DNA of 64,000 bases from an uncultured Hyphomicrobium sp. (GTDB taxonomy: Bacteria > Pseudomonadota > Alphaproteobacteria > Rhizobiales > Hyphomicrobiaceae). This document shows, one piece after another, positions 27,229 to 38,875 of the stretch (position 1 is its first letter; every line of letters starts with the position of its first letter). The position numbers and the translations under genes are program-made. Location: positions 1,354-65,353 of the forward strand of contig CAYOPW010000003.1 of NCBI GenBank assembly GCA_964405975.1. The letters are read 5' to 3'. The notes under the pieces were generated by a model. It searched no databases. It saw only the letters and a list, made by a program, of their open reading frames with translations, and was not told the DNA's origin.

Positions 27229-28560
27229 TCACTTTCCGATGCAAAACCGGCTAAAGACTTCGCCCAGTAGATCCTCGACATCGACACGTCCCGTTATGCG
27301 GCCCAGCGCGTGCGTGGCACATCGGAGATCCTCGGCGCGCAATTCGATTTCGCCGCGTGCCGATGACAAGAAGGTGTCGAGAGATGCCAGACACGTCGAC
27401 AGGTTTTCGCGATAGCGTGCCTGCGTAATCGGAGGCGCTTCCGTATCCCCAATCCGTTCGCGGGCCAACTTAGTGAGTTGGCCGGAAAGCCGATCTATGC
27501 CGGCCCCTGTCTTGGCTGAGATGGCCAGCCGATCGCAAGTGGTCCTGCAGCCATTTAGGAGATCGATCTTGTTTGTGACATGGAGAACGCCCTCCCCGCG
27601 ACAAGCAATTTCCGGCGGGGCTTTCGCTTCAGGGGCCGTCGCATCGCTCAACCAAACGACAAGTTCGGCGTCGCGTGCGCTCGCCAGTGTCCGGCGCACG
27701 CCCTCGCGCTCTACTGCACCTTGGGCGTCGCGAATGCCGGCGGTATCCGAAACGATGATCGGCAAACCCTCAAGATCGAGGCGAACCTCGATGACATCGC
27801 GAGTCGTTCCCGCTTCCTCGGAAACGATGGCCGCATTACGCCGAGCAAGGGCATTCAGGAGACTTGACTTACCTACATTCGGGGCGCCTGCCAGAACGAC
27901 CCGATAGCCCTCGCGCAGAATCTCTCCGCGGTTCCCATCTTCGAGGTGCGCGGCAATGGCAGCACGCAGTTTTGTCGCGAGATCATGTGCGCGATCGAGC
28001 GCAACATTAGCAACATCGAGCTCGTCGCTAAAATCGATGGCCGCTTCAACAAGTGATGAGGCTTCGATCAATTGGCTGCGCCAGCCGTCATACAGTGAAG
28101 ACAGCGCACCATTCATCTGACGTAGCGCCTGTCGCCGTTGGGCCTCCGTTTCCGCATTGACGAGATCGGCCCGGGCTTCGGCTTGAGCGAGATCGATCTT
28201 ACCGTTCTCAAAGGCCCGGCGCGTGAACTCGCCTGGCTGCGCGAGCCGGCACCCTGGCAAACTCCCAATCGCCGACAGTACACCCCGCACGATGGCCGAA
28301 CCGCCATGAAGGTGGAATTCGGCGATGTCCTCATTGGTATCGGTTTTCGGCCCTGCGCACCATATTACGAGGCCTTGATCGAGCGTCTCGCCGTTTTCGG
28401 GATGCCGGATGCACCGCACCCCGCTCATGCGATCTATCGGCCGCGGCGGGGCCATCTGATCGATAACGCAACCGGCACGCGGACCCGACACACGCACCAC
28501 AGCTACGGCAGCGCGCCCAGGTGCGCTGGAAAGCGCAAAGATCGTCGACCGGTCGCCCAT
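27229..28560 (-). CDS. mnmE: tRNA modification GTPase MnmE (TrmE)
   Basis: STIFALSSAPGRAAVAVVRVSG, the G-domain GAPNVGKSSLLNAL and DTAGIR, and the C-terminal FCIGK. Start trimmed to ATG 28560. Confidence 0.95.
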   Translation of the reverse strand: MGDRSTIFALSSAPGRAAVAVVRVSGPRAGCVIDQMAPPRPIDRMSGVRCIRHPENGETLDQGLVIWCAGPKTDTNEDIAEFHLHGGSAIVRGVLSAIGSLPGCRLAQPGEFTRRAFENGKIDLAQAEARADLVNAETEAQRRQALRQMNGALSSLYDGWRSQLIEASSLVEAAIDFSDELDVANVALDRAHDLATKLRAAIAAHLEDGNRGEILREGYRVVLAGAPNVGKSSLLNALARRNAAIVSEEAGTTRDVIEVRLDLEGLPIIVSDTAGIRDAQGAVEREGVRRTLASARDAELVVWLSDATAPEAKAPPEIACRGEGVLHVTNKIDLLNGCRTTCDRLAISAKTGAGIDRLSGQLTKLARERIGDTEAPPITQARYRENLSTCLASLDTFLSSARGEIELRAEDLRCATHALGRITGRVDVEDLLGEVFSRFCIGK

Positions 28561-28624
28561 GAATTTGGAGTACTCGTAGTAGAGAGCGCCGTCTATTGAT
28601 CCTATGGTCGCTCTGGAGCTTGAG

Positions 28625-30649
<2,025 letters not shown>

Positions 30650-30770
30650 TAGTCGTAGGTAGCGGCAGCATGAGCATAAGGGCTTACCCTGCTGAAATTG
30701 CTGCTAAATCTTATGCTGGGCATGTAGCGATGGTTGTGCTTTTCTATAGCTTCGAATTGGAGACGTGCTG

Positions 30771-31715
30771 ATGCCAGCTTTAAGGGTGCTTGTGCGCTTC
30801 GGCTTTGTGCCCTTCATGGTTCTGGGTCTCAACGGCGCAGCCTATTGGGTAGTGTCGCAAGGCCATAGCTACGCTTGGCTTCTGCCGCTACTCATCATCG
30901 CATTCGCTACCGCTCACGCTGCTGAGCATGTAGCACCCTGGTACGAAGAGTGGAACGACCCGCACCAAGACGACAACGCAAACATTTGGCACATCATTGT
31001 CTACGAGATCTCCAACATAAACGGAGTTCTCTTAATCCCGCTGATCGTTTGGCTCTTTCCCTTCCAGGGCATTTGGCCGACCGAATGGCCGCTGCTTGTG
31101 CAGTGGTTGATGGCGATTGTGATCGCTGACTTTGTTTTCATGGTCGTTCATATGTTAAGCCACAAGTATTCATTCCTCTGGCGGCTTCACGCCGTGCACC
31201 ACGGGGTGGGGCGTCTTTACGGATTTAACGGGCTTGTGCGCCACCCAGTCCATCAATCAGTCGACATGATCCTTGGCACGATGCCGCTAGTTATCCTCGG
31301 CATGCCGGTGAACGTTGCGGTTCTGTTGGGCTTTGCCGTTTCCATCCAGCTCATTGTGCAGCATGCGAACGTCGCCTATGCGCTCGGTCCGTTCCGCAAT
31401 CAGTTGTCGATCGGCCGCATTCACCACATTCACCACGTCAACTGGGGCAAGGAAGGCGACTGTAATTTCGGACTGTTCCTAACACTTTGGGATCGCTTGT
31501 TCGGGACGTTTGCGGCTGAGCCCTCGCGACCCATAAAGGCTGACGACTTGGGCATTGACGAGGTTCCGCACTTCCCCAAGTCGTATCTGGAACATCTGCT
31601 GTTCCCGTTTATATACAAGCCGGGAGACGGTGAACCGGAACGCTATCAGGCGAAGAAGCCGGAAGGATCTCTTGGCTCTGACAAGAGCGAAGATCGCTTA
31701 CATCCAGCCGAGTAA
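30771..31715 (+). CDS. fatty acid hydroxylase / sterol desaturase family membrane protein
   Basis: Multiple TM segments and three histidine boxes (HMLSHK, HAVHH, HHIHHVN). Start is ATG 30771 with GGAG 8 nt upstream. Confidence 0.8.
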   Translation: MPALRVLVRFGFVPFMVLGLNGAAYWVVSQGHSYAWLLPLLIIAFATAHAAEHVAPWYEEWNDPHQDDNANIWHIIVYEISNINGVLLIPLIVWLFPFQGIWPTEWPLLVQWLMAIVIADFVFMVVHMLSHKYSFLWRLHAVHHGVGRLYGFNGLVRHPVHQSVDMILGTMPLVILGMPVNVAVLLGFAVSIQLIVQHANVAYALGPFRNQLSIGRIHHIHHVNWGKEGDCNFGLFLTLWDRLFGTFAAEPSRPIKADDLGIDEVPHFPKSYLEHLLFPFIYKPGDGEPERYQAKKPEGSLGSDKSEDRLHPAE

Positions 31716-31773
31716 GGACTCATAGTGAGGGCGAGATGCAATAAGGGTCGCTTTCCAGGCGGCCGTTATGCTT

Positions 31774-33039
31774 TTAGGTATTCATCGAGTCAAAGAACTC
31801 GCCATTTGTCTTAGTCGACTTGAGCTTGTCGATCAAAAACTCGATGGCGTCCATCGTCCCCATCGGATTGAGGATCCGGCGCAGAACGTAGACTTTCTTG
31901 AGCTGATCCTTTGGCACCAAGAGATCTTCTTTGCGCGTACCGGAGCGTGCCACGTCGATCGCCGGGAACACGCGCTTGTCGGAAACCTTGCGGTCGAGGA
32001 TGATTTCGGCGTTACCCGTACCCTTGAACTCTTCGAAGATCACCTCGTCCATGCGCGAGCCGGTGTCGATCAGCGCTGTTGCGATAATGGTGAGTGATCC
32101 GCCCTCCTCGATGTTGCGCGCGGCGCCGAAGAAGCGCTTGGGCCGCTGCAAGGCGTTGGAGTCGACGCCACCCGTCAGCACCTTGCCAGAGGAAGGAACG
32201 ACCGTGTTGTAGGCACGCCCCAAACGCGTAATCGAATCCAAAAGAATGACGACATCGCGCTTGTGCTCAACTAGGCGTTTTGCTTTTTCTATAACCATTT
32301 CAGATACTTGTACGTGCCGGGAAGGCGGCTCGTCAAACGTCGATGAGATGACCTCGCCGTTGACCGAGCGCTGCATGTCGGTCACTTCCTCAGGCCGTTC
32401 GTCGATCAGCAGCACGATAAGGTAGCACTCAGGGTGATTGGCGGTGATTGAGTGCGCGATGTTCTGCAACAGCACCGTTTTGCCGGTGCGCGGCGGCGAC
32501 ACGATGAGCGCGCGCTGGCCTTTACCCATAGGCGACACGATGTCGATCACCCGGGCGGAAAGATCCTTGATCGTGGGATCCTCGATCTCCAGCTTGAGCC
32601 ATTCCGTCGGATAAAGCGGAGTGAGATTGTCGAAGTGAATCTTATGCTTTGTCGCTTCGGGATCTTCGAAATTGATCTTGCTGACTTTCAACAGCGCAAA
32701 ATAGCGTTCACCCTCCTTGGGGCTGCGGATCTGGCCCTCAACTGTATCGCCAGAGCGCAATGCAAACCGGCGAATTTGCGATGGCGAAACGTAAATGTCA
32801 TCAGGTCCGGGAAGATAATTCGCTTCAGGCGAACGCAGGAAGCCGAAGCCGTCTTGCAGAACTTCGACAACTCCAGTTCCAGTGATTTCGACTTCCTTGG
32901 CAGCGAGCTGTTTCAGCGTCGCAAACATCAGCTCCTGCTTGCGCATTGTGCTGGCGTTCTCAACGCCTGACTCTTCCGCGAAACTCAAAAGCTCCGTCGG
33001 AGTTTTGAGCTTCAGGTCTTCGAGCTTCATTTCCTTCAT
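31774..33039 (-). CDS. rho: transcription termination factor Rho
   Basis: [23 protein letters not shown]..., the RNA-binding domain GFGFLRS, Walker [12 protein letters not shown], and C-terminal collinearity. The track ORF is extended 78 codons upstream, so I use ATG 33039, preceded by GGAG. Confidence 0.96.
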   Translation of the reverse strand: MKEMKLEDLKLKTPTELLSFAEESGVENASTMRKQELMFATLKQLAAKEVEITGTGVVEVLQDGFGFLRSPEANYLPGPDDIYVSPSQIRRFALRSGDTVEGQIRSPKEGERYFALLKVSKINFEDPEATKHKIHFDNLTPLYPTEWLKLEIEDPTIKDLSARVIDIVSPMGKGQRALIVSPPRTGKTVLLQNIAHSITANHPECYLIVLLIDERPEEVTDMQRSVNGEVISSTFDEPPSRHVQVSEMVIEKAKRLVEHKRDVVILLDSITRLGRAYNTVVPSSGKVLTGGVDSNALQRPKRFFGAARNIEEGGSLTIIATALIDTGSRMDEVIFEEFKGTGNAEIILDRKVSDKRVFPAIDVARSGTRKEDLLVPKDQLKKVYVLRRILNPMGTMDAIEFLIDKLKSTKTNGEFFDSMNT

Positions 33040-33269
33040 GGAACGCTCCGGGGGCCTCAGCAGAATGGGCGGGAAATAAGGTGTGTTGCCGGGCCAAATG
33101 GTGGGAATTTTAGAAACGTGGACGAACGCCACGGCGCGGTCGGCCTTGCCCTTTAGTGCGGGGCTGCGGCGACCAACTCTTGAGCCTGAGCGGCCCTGAG
33201 TCGATGCGGAATTGGGGCTGTATACCAGACCTAATTGCTTGGGAAAAGCCACCCGGTCAAGAATTTGGG
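33040..33269 (-). promoter_or_regulatory. long rho 5' leader with a C-rich/G-poor tract (rut-like)
   Basis: A 230-nt untranslated gap lies between the hemJ stop and the rho ATG. In the mRNA sense, 33051-33110 has 25 C versus 9 G by my count. Confidence 0.45.
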
Positions 33270-33689
33270 TCAAAAAGGTTTTACGACCACCAGAACGACA
33301 ATAGCAATCATCAGTGCCGTGGGTACCTCGTTGGCAATCCTATAAAACTTGGCCGGATGCCGGTTTTCGTCTCGCGCAAAATCCTTGCGCCATCGGCTTA
33401 GAAGATGGTGGTACCAGGTGAGTGCGGCAACGAGGCCGAATTTAGCCAGAAACCAACCATCCATGTAAACGCCCAGAACCCAGGCAAGCCAGGGCCCCGT
33501 TATCCACACAGCGATCATAGCCGGGTTCATGATGTACCTTAGGAGCCGGTACTCCATCATTTGAAAGGTCGATGACAGCTCCGAACCAGGTTTTGCCTCG
33601 GCGTGATAGACGAGCAGACGCGGCAAATAGAGCAGCCCGGCCATCCAGGCAATAACTCCAATTATGTGAAATGCCTTAAGCCACAGCAT
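33270..33689 (-). CDS. hemJ: protoporphyrinogen IX oxidase HemJ (CopD-like membrane protein)
   Basis: [32 protein letters not shown]... 139 aa, 4 TM, adjacent to hemE. Confidence 0.8.
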   Translation of the reverse strand: MLWLKAFHIIGVIAWMAGLLYLPRLLVYHAEAKPGSELSSTFQMMEYRLLRYIMNPAMIAVWITGPWLAWVLGVYMDGWFLAKFGLVAALTWYHHLLSRWRKDFARDENRHPAKFYRIANEVPTALMIAIVVLVVVKPF

Positions 33690-33694
33690 TGTAC

Positions 33695-34762
33695 TCAGAC
33701 GCCTTCACCGCGGACGAGTGCGACGAGACGCGCAACATTCTCAGGCGGTGTCTCGGGAACGATGCCGTGTCCAAGATTGAAAATGAAAGGAACGGTCTCC
33801 ATAGCGTCGAGAAGCTGCTTCACACGAGTTTCCAAATGTGCGCCCCCAGCAAGGAGCAGGAGTGGATCGAGGTTGCCTTGAACAACTGCGCCAATACCAG
33901 CAAGCTCCCGCATTCGGACAAGCGACATCGCTGTGTCACAGCCAAGCCCCTCTACCTTCGTTTCCTGCAGATACCAGCCAGAGGTTGCGCCGGCGCCTCG
34001 CGGAAAACCGATGATCGGTACGTGCGGATGACGCCGCTTTAGCTCTGTCACGATTCGCTTCGTGGGCAAAATCACCCACTGCTCGAACTGATCATCGGGT
34101 AAGCACCCTGCCCACGAATCGAAAATCTGTAAGGCGTCGGCACCTGCGCGCACTTGGCCATCGAGGTAATCGATCGAGACCTCGACAAGCAGATCGATAA
34201 GCCGGCTATACCCCTGTGGATCGTTGTACGCCCACACGCGCGCAGCGGCCTGATCCGGCGATCCCCGCCCGCCAACCATGTAGGTCGCAACCGTCCAAGG
34301 CGCTCCGCAAAAACCGATTAGCGCCGTTTCCCTTGGTAGATCTTGGCGAACGCGCGCAGCGGCCTCAAAGACGCGTTCAAACACGCTTCCGGTACCATTG
34401 GCATCAAGCCGCTTTAGATCGGCAGTCTTGGAAATTGGATCAAGTAGGGGCCCCTCGCCTTCGGCAAATCGCACCTCTTGACCCAGCGCATTGGGTACCA
34501 CCAGGATATCGGAGAAGAGGATCGCAGCATCGAAACCGAAACGGCGAATCGGCTGCAGCGTCACCTCCGCAGCGAGCGCCGGCGTATAGCACAGCTTGAG
34601 AAAATCGCCAGCTTTAGTTCGCACCTCGCGATATTCGGGAAGATAGCGCCCTGCCTGACGCATGAGCCAAACCGGAGGTGGTGTTACGGCTCGTTTTGCA
34701 AAGACACTCAGAAACCGGCTGCGATCGTTGAGTGAGGTTGTGGGCTGCAGAGGGTCGCTCAT
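33695..34762 (-). CDS. hemE: uroporphyrinogen decarboxylase
   Basis: PPVWLMRQAGRYLPEYR, FDAAILFSDILVVP, and HPHVPIIGFPRGAG are HemE signatures. Confidence 0.96.
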   Translation of the reverse strand: MSDPLQPTTSLNDRSRFLSVFAKRAVTPPPVWLMRQAGRYLPEYREVRTKAGDFLKLCYTPALAAEVTLQPIRRFGFDAAILFSDILVVPNALGQEVRFAEGEGPLLDPISKTADLKRLDANGTGSVFERVFEAAARVRQDLPRETALIGFCGAPWTVATYMVGGRGSPDQAAARVWAYNDPQGYSRLIDLLVEVSIDYLDGQVRAGADALQIFDSWAGCLPDDQFEQWVILPTKRIVTELKRRHPHVPIIGFPRGAGATSGWYLQETKVEGLGCDTAMSLVRMRELAGIGAVVQGNLDPLLLLAGGAHLETRVKQLLDAMETVPFIFNLGHGIVPETPPENVARLVALVRGEGV

Positions 34763-35185
34763 CTTTTCACTTTAATCAAAATACTAGAGTCTAGAGTCTT
34801 ATTGTTATGACTCTTAGGGCCGTGGATTTTGAGGATATCGGCTTCGTCCTACCTTGTTCCACAAGCACCGCACAGCGCGAATGTTTGAGTGCCAGATCTG
34901 GCGTTCGCGACGGCGAGAGACCACAAGTTGCGTTAAATGCCACTCTCGTCAATAACTTAAGCTGCCGTATGCTGCGGCAACTGATGGGTATGGATTGTTG
35001 ACAGGCGGTGGGCCTACGCCCGACAAAAGGCCTATCCTCATGGAGAACTCCCTATTGAGGTTGCTTGTGCGCGTGGCGGCCAATGTGGTCAATGCCGTGG
35101 ATGGGTGGACGGTGGGCGGTGTGCGAGGAAGTTGGTTGCATCCGCCCTTGGGAAAACCGGGCCGCTTTTCAACAAGCCATCCCTC
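34763..35185. other. probable chromosomal replication origin (oriC/Cori-type)
   Basis: Divergent gap in hemE | DUF299-maf-aroE-coaE-dnaQ synteny. It contains a 28% GC tract at 34763-34815 and three GANTC sites within 27 bp. It also has degenerate DnaA-box-like 9-mers at 34855, 35032, 35084, 35097 and 34821. Gene orientation flips here, and parAB/parS lie within 12 kb. Confidence 0.65.
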
Positions 35186-36058
35186 ATGGTTCCCGTTGCG
35201 ATGACGAATGGACTGCCAAGTTTCTTTCATCTGCATCTCGTCTCCGACTCGACGGGCGAAACGCTCACGACGATCGCAAAAGCCGCGTGCGTGCAGTACT
35301 CGATGGTGCGCCCCATAGAGCACGTGCACCCGCTAGTGCGTACACCGCGTCAACTGAGGCGTGTGTTGCAAGAAATCGAGCAAGCGCCAGGCATTGTCCT
35401 CTACACCATCATCAACCGCGATCTAACGGAGGACCTGGAGCGACGCTGCCGGGAGCTCAAGGTTCCTTGCCTTGCCGTTTTACAGCCGATAATGCAGGTG
35501 TTCGAGAGTTACCTTGGCGCGTCACGAACACCGACTGTTGCTGGACAACATGTCCTCGATGCCGACTACTTCCAGCGCATCGACGCGCTTAATTTCACGA
35601 TGGCGCATGATGATGGACACTTGCCGGACGATCTCAATGAGGCCGACATCGTCATCCTTGGCATTTCGCGCACATCCAAGACGCCGACTAGTATCTACTT
35701 GGCGCAGCGGGGCTACAAAACGGCCAACGTTCCACTGATACCGTCGGTTCCCTTGCCCAAACAACTGACAAATCCGCACTCGGCTTTCATCGTTTGCCTT
35801 GTTGCCAGCGCTGATCGCATTGCTGAGATTCGACGTCACCGTGCGATGCTCTTATCGGACCGCGATCTGGACGACTACACGGATCGCGACCGCATCACTG
35901 CTGAAATCGCCCACACGCGGCGCATTTGTGCCAAGCACCGCTGGCCGGTGATTGATGTCACACGCCGTTCCGTCGAAGAATCTGCGGCAACGATCATCAA
36001 GCTCTTGCATGATCAGCGCGCACAAGAGGCCGAGGCCGTACATGGCAGCGATGGATAG
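35186..36058 (+). CDS. pyruvate,phosphate dikinase / PEP synthase regulatory protein (DUF299, PpsR/PDRP family)
   Basis: FHLHLVSDSTGETL and the P-loop ILGISRTSKTPTSIYLA. The start is ATG 35186 or 35201, uncertain. Confidence 0.88.
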   Translation: MVPVAMTNGLPSFFHLHLVSDSTGETLTTIAKAACVQYSMVRPIEHVHPLVRTPRQLRRVLQEIEQAPGIVLYTIINRDLTEDLERRCRELKVPCLAVLQPIMQVFESYLGASRTPTVAGQHVLDADYFQRIDALNFTMAHDDGHLPDDLNEADIVILGISRTSKTPTSIYLAQRGYKTANVPLIPSVPLPKQLTNPHSAFIVCLVASADRIAEIRRHRAMLLSDRDLDDYTDRDRITAEIAHTRRICAKHRWPVIDVTRRSVEESAATIIKLLHDQRAQEAEAVHGSDG

Positions 36059-36662
36059 ATCACGCGAAATCGTACTTGCCTCGGCAAGCCGGGCACGTCG
36101 TGAAATGTTGGCGGCGGCCGGCATTCCATTCACGGTCGACCCAGCGGATCTCGACGAACTTGCCTTGCGCAATGCCCTGCTGGCAGACAAGAAGCCGGCT
36201 GTGCCCTCGCAGATTGCAGAATTCCTTGCGCGCGCGAAAGCGGAGGAGGTGAGCAGCAGACACGGCGGATCGCTCGTTGTTGCGGGCGATCAAGTGCTAG
36301 CCCTTGGTTCGGAGCTTTTAATCAAAGCAAAAGATACGATCGCCGCGCGCAAAACGCTGTTGAAGTTACGCGGGCGCGGGCATGAGCTCCATTCAGCCGT
36401 GGCATTCGCCGAAGATGGCAACGTCATATGGGAACATGTAGAAACGGCGCGGCTATTCATGCGTGATTTCTCGGACGCCTTTCTCGATGATTACCTTGCG
36501 CGAGCTGGCGACCGTATCTGCCAATCGGTCGGCGCTTATGAGCTGGAAGGTCTCGGTGTGCAGTTATTTGAGCGCATAGAAGGTGACTATTTCACAGTTC
36601 TCGGCCTGCCACTTTTGCCAGCGCTTGAAGAATTGCGTGCGCGGGACGTCATTGCCCAATGA
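36042..36662 (+). CDS. maf: Maf-like nucleoside triphosphate pyrophosphatase
   Basis: EIVLASASRARREMLAAAGIPF...GAYELEGLGVQLFERIEGDYFTVLGLPL. The start overlaps the end of the DUF299 gene. Confidence 0.88.
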   Translation: MAAMDRSREIVLASASRARREMLAAAGIPFTVDPADLDELALRNALLADKKPAVPSQIAEFLARAKAEEVSSRHGGSLVVAGDQVLALGSELLIKAKDTIAARKTLLKLRGRGHELHSAVAFAEDGNVIWEHVETARLFMRDFSDAFLDDYLARAGDRICQSVGAYELEGLGVQLFERIEGDYFTVLGLPLLPALEELRARDVIAQ

Positions 36663-37489
36663 AACGCGCGTGTGTGATAGGCTGGCCCGTGGAGCATTCG
36701 CGCTCGCCCTTGCTGCATGGCTATTGGCTCAAGGCATACGGCATTGATGGCGCCTACACGAAGGAAGCCGTTGCGCCCGAGGCGGTTGCCGAATTCTTGA
36801 AGTCTCTTAGTGCCAATGGCTATGTGGGTTGCAACGTGACCGTGCCCCACAAGGCAGCCGCATTTGCTGCCGCCGACGAAAGGGAGAATTCTGCGAAAGC
36901 GGTTTTGGCAGCCAATACACTCTGGCTGTCTGAGGGCAAACTCGTTGCTGCCAACACCGACACGTATGGTTACATGACCAATCTCAGCCTTCAGGCTCCA
37001 GGATGGGATCGGCGCGATGCGCCGGTTTCTATTCTCGGCGCGGGCGGAGCAGCGCGGGCCATCGTTTTTGGATTTCTTGAGGCTGGCGTAAGTGAGGTCC
37101 GGGTCTTTAATCGTACGCGCGCCCATGCGGAAACATTGGCGCAGCAGTTCGGGCCGCGCATCAAGGTGTACGATTGGCCGCAACGCGAAGCAGGTTCGCG
37201 TAATTCGGCTGTACTCGTCAACACGACGACCATTGGCATGAATGGCACCGGTACCCTCGACATCGATTTTGGAGCCTTTGATCCTGAGTGCGTTGTGTCA
37301 GATATTGTATACGTGCCTTTAGAGACGGAGTTTCTGAGCAAGGCGAGGTCGCGGGGCCTGCGTACCGTCGATGGTTTGGGTATGCTCTTGCATCAAGGCG
37401 TGCCCGGTTTTGAGAACTGGTTTGGCGTGCGCCCTGAGGTCACGGACGAGCTGAGAGACCTCATTGTTGCCGACATCGAGGGAGGCTAA
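36659..37489 (+). CDS. aroE: shikimate dehydrogenase
   Basis: GWPVEHSRSPLLHGYW, NVTVPHK, and ILGAGGAARA. An ATGA overlap joins it to maf. Confidence 0.93.
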   Translation: MKRACVIGWPVEHSRSPLLHGYWLKAYGIDGAYTKEAVAPEAVAEFLKSLSANGYVGCNVTVPHKAAAFAAADERENSAKAVLAANTLWLSEGKLVAANTDTYGYMTNLSLQAPGWDRRDAPVSILGAGGAARAIVFGFLEAGVSEVRVFNRTRAHAETLAQQFGPRIKVYDWPQREAGSRNSAVLVNTTTIGMNGTGTLDIDFGAFDPECVVSDIVYVPLETEFLSKARSRGLRTVDGLGMLLHQGVPGFENWFGVRPEVTDELRDLIVADIEGG

Positions 37490-38103
37490 TGCTTATCATT
37501 GGTCTCACCGGATCCCTCGGCATGGGGAAATCGACAGCGGCGGGGCATTTGCGCAGCCGGGGGTTGCCCGTATTTGATGCCGACGCCGCGGTGCACGCGC
37601 TTTACGGGGGCGCGGCCGTGCCGCTCATCGAAAAAGAATTTCCCGGGACCACATCACAAGGCGTAGTGGATCGTGGCAAGCTGGGTGTTTCTGTCGTGAA
37701 GAATCCGGAGCGCTTAGCGGCGCTCGAGTCTATCGTGCATCCCCTGGTGCGCAAGGCAGAGCGCACGTTCTTGCAGAAAGAAGCGGCGCGCGGTGCGCGC
37801 ATGGCCGTGCTCGAGATCCCTTTGTTGTTTGAGACGGGTGCCGACGCGACAGTCGACACGACCATAGTTGTGAGCGCACCGCTCGAGGTGCAGCGCGAGC
37901 GTCTCATGAACCGAACCGGGATGACCTGCGATAAGCTTGAAAGTCTGCTTGCACGTCAAATGCCAGACGCCGAGAAACGCGCACGCGCCGACTTCATTGT
38001 GGACACAAGCGGCGAAATCGCCGCCAGCCGCGCAGCGCTTGATGCAATTATCGCGAATCTAGAGCACCATGAAGCTCGTGCGTTTGTTGAATTTTGGGCA
38101 TGA
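37489..38103 (+). CDS. coaE: dephospho-CoA kinase
   Basis: IIGLTGSLGMGKST (P-loop), VLEIPLLFE, and its position after aroE. Confidence 0.92.
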   Translation: MLIIGLTGSLGMGKSTAAGHLRSRGLPVFDADAAVHALYGGAAVPLIEKEFPGTTSQGVVDRGKLGVSVVKNPERLAALESIVHPLVRKAERTFLQKEAARGARMAVLEIPLLFETGADATVDTTIVVSAPLEVQRERLMNRTGMTCDKLESLLARQMPDAEKRARADFIVDTSGEIAASRAALDAIIANLEHHEARAFVEFWA

Positions 38104-38136
38104 TCGCCATCCGACGTCTTTGGGAACAATCGGACA

Positions 38137-38856
38137 ATGCGCGAAGTCATTCTCGACACGGAGACGACGGGGCTCGACCCGAAAAGCGGCGACCGGTTGA
38201 TTGAGGTCGGCTGTGTCGAGCTCTTTAATCGCATTCCAACCGGGCGCGAGTTTCATCGCTACATCAATCCCGAACGCGATGTGCCGGCCGAAGCTGTGGC
38301 TGTACATGGTCTGTCCGGCACGTTTCTGGAAGACAAACCGCTCTTTGCTCACGTCGCAGAAGAATTCCTCGACTTTATCGGCGAGGATGCGCTCGTCATC
38401 CATAACGCAAGCTTCGATATCGGTTTCTTGAACGCAGAGTTGGGGCGAATCTCGCTTTCCGCAATCACCATGGATCGCGTGACCTGTACGTTGCAGCTTG
38501 CGCGGCGGCGGCATCCGGCAGGCCCCAATAGCCTCGATGCGCTGTGCAAGCGATATGGCATCGACATTTCAAAGCGCACAAAGCATGGCGCGCTTATGGA
38601 CTCGCTACTGCTCGCAGAAGTTTACATCGAGCTGCTTGGCGCGCGCCAAGCAGCATTGGGCTTGGCTGTGGATGCTGGCGCGTCGGGCGGATCTGAGCTG
38701 GGCGCGGCTCGCAGGCGAAGGGTCAAGCAACGGTCCACGCCGCTTGCGTCTCGTTTGACAGCTGAAGCCGAGGCTGAACATCGCGCATTCGTCGAAACAC
38801 TGGGCGCCAATGCGTTGTGGTACCGGTACCTCGGTGCGGGCAACCACCGCGAATAG
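38137..38856 (+). CDS. dnaQ: DNA polymerase III subunit epsilon (3'-5' exonuclease)
   Basis: ILDTETTGLDP (ExoI), LVIHNASFDIGFL (ExoII), and HGALMDSLLLAEVY (ExoIII). Confidence 0.95.
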   Translation: MREVILDTETTGLDPKSGDRLIEVGCVELFNRIPTGREFHRYINPERDVPAEAVAVHGLSGTFLEDKPLFAHVAEEFLDFIGEDALVIHNASFDIGFLNAELGRISLSAITMDRVTCTLQLARRRHPAGPNSLDALCKRYGIDISKRTKHGALMDSLLLAEVYIELLGARQAALGLAVDAGASGGSELGAARRRRVKQRSTPLASRLTAEAEAEHRAFVETLGANALWYRYLGAGNHRE

Positions 38857-38875
38857 CAAACACTAGCATCAGAGA

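Noticed and set aside
31774-33273. N-terminally extended ORF-track models: rho 499 aa, mnmE 467 aa, parB 327 aa, lolA 258 aa, the aminotransferase 438 aa, and carbonic anhydrase 235 aa.
   Set aside because: Homology to the families begins at internal ATGs, most of which have SD-like sequences. The extensions are Arg/Ser/Pro-rich read-through of upstream DNA.
34855-34870. A parS half-site, TGTTCCAC, in the origin gap.
   Set aside because: The right half (AAGCACCG) does not match GTGAAACA. It is better explained as a DnaA-box-like TGTTCCACA.
34763-35185. CtrA binding sites (TTAA-N7-TTAA) in the putative origin.
   Set aside because: The three TTAA tetramers (34772, 34933, 34957) have no TTAA partner at N7 spacing. 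No CtrA box can be supported from the sequence.
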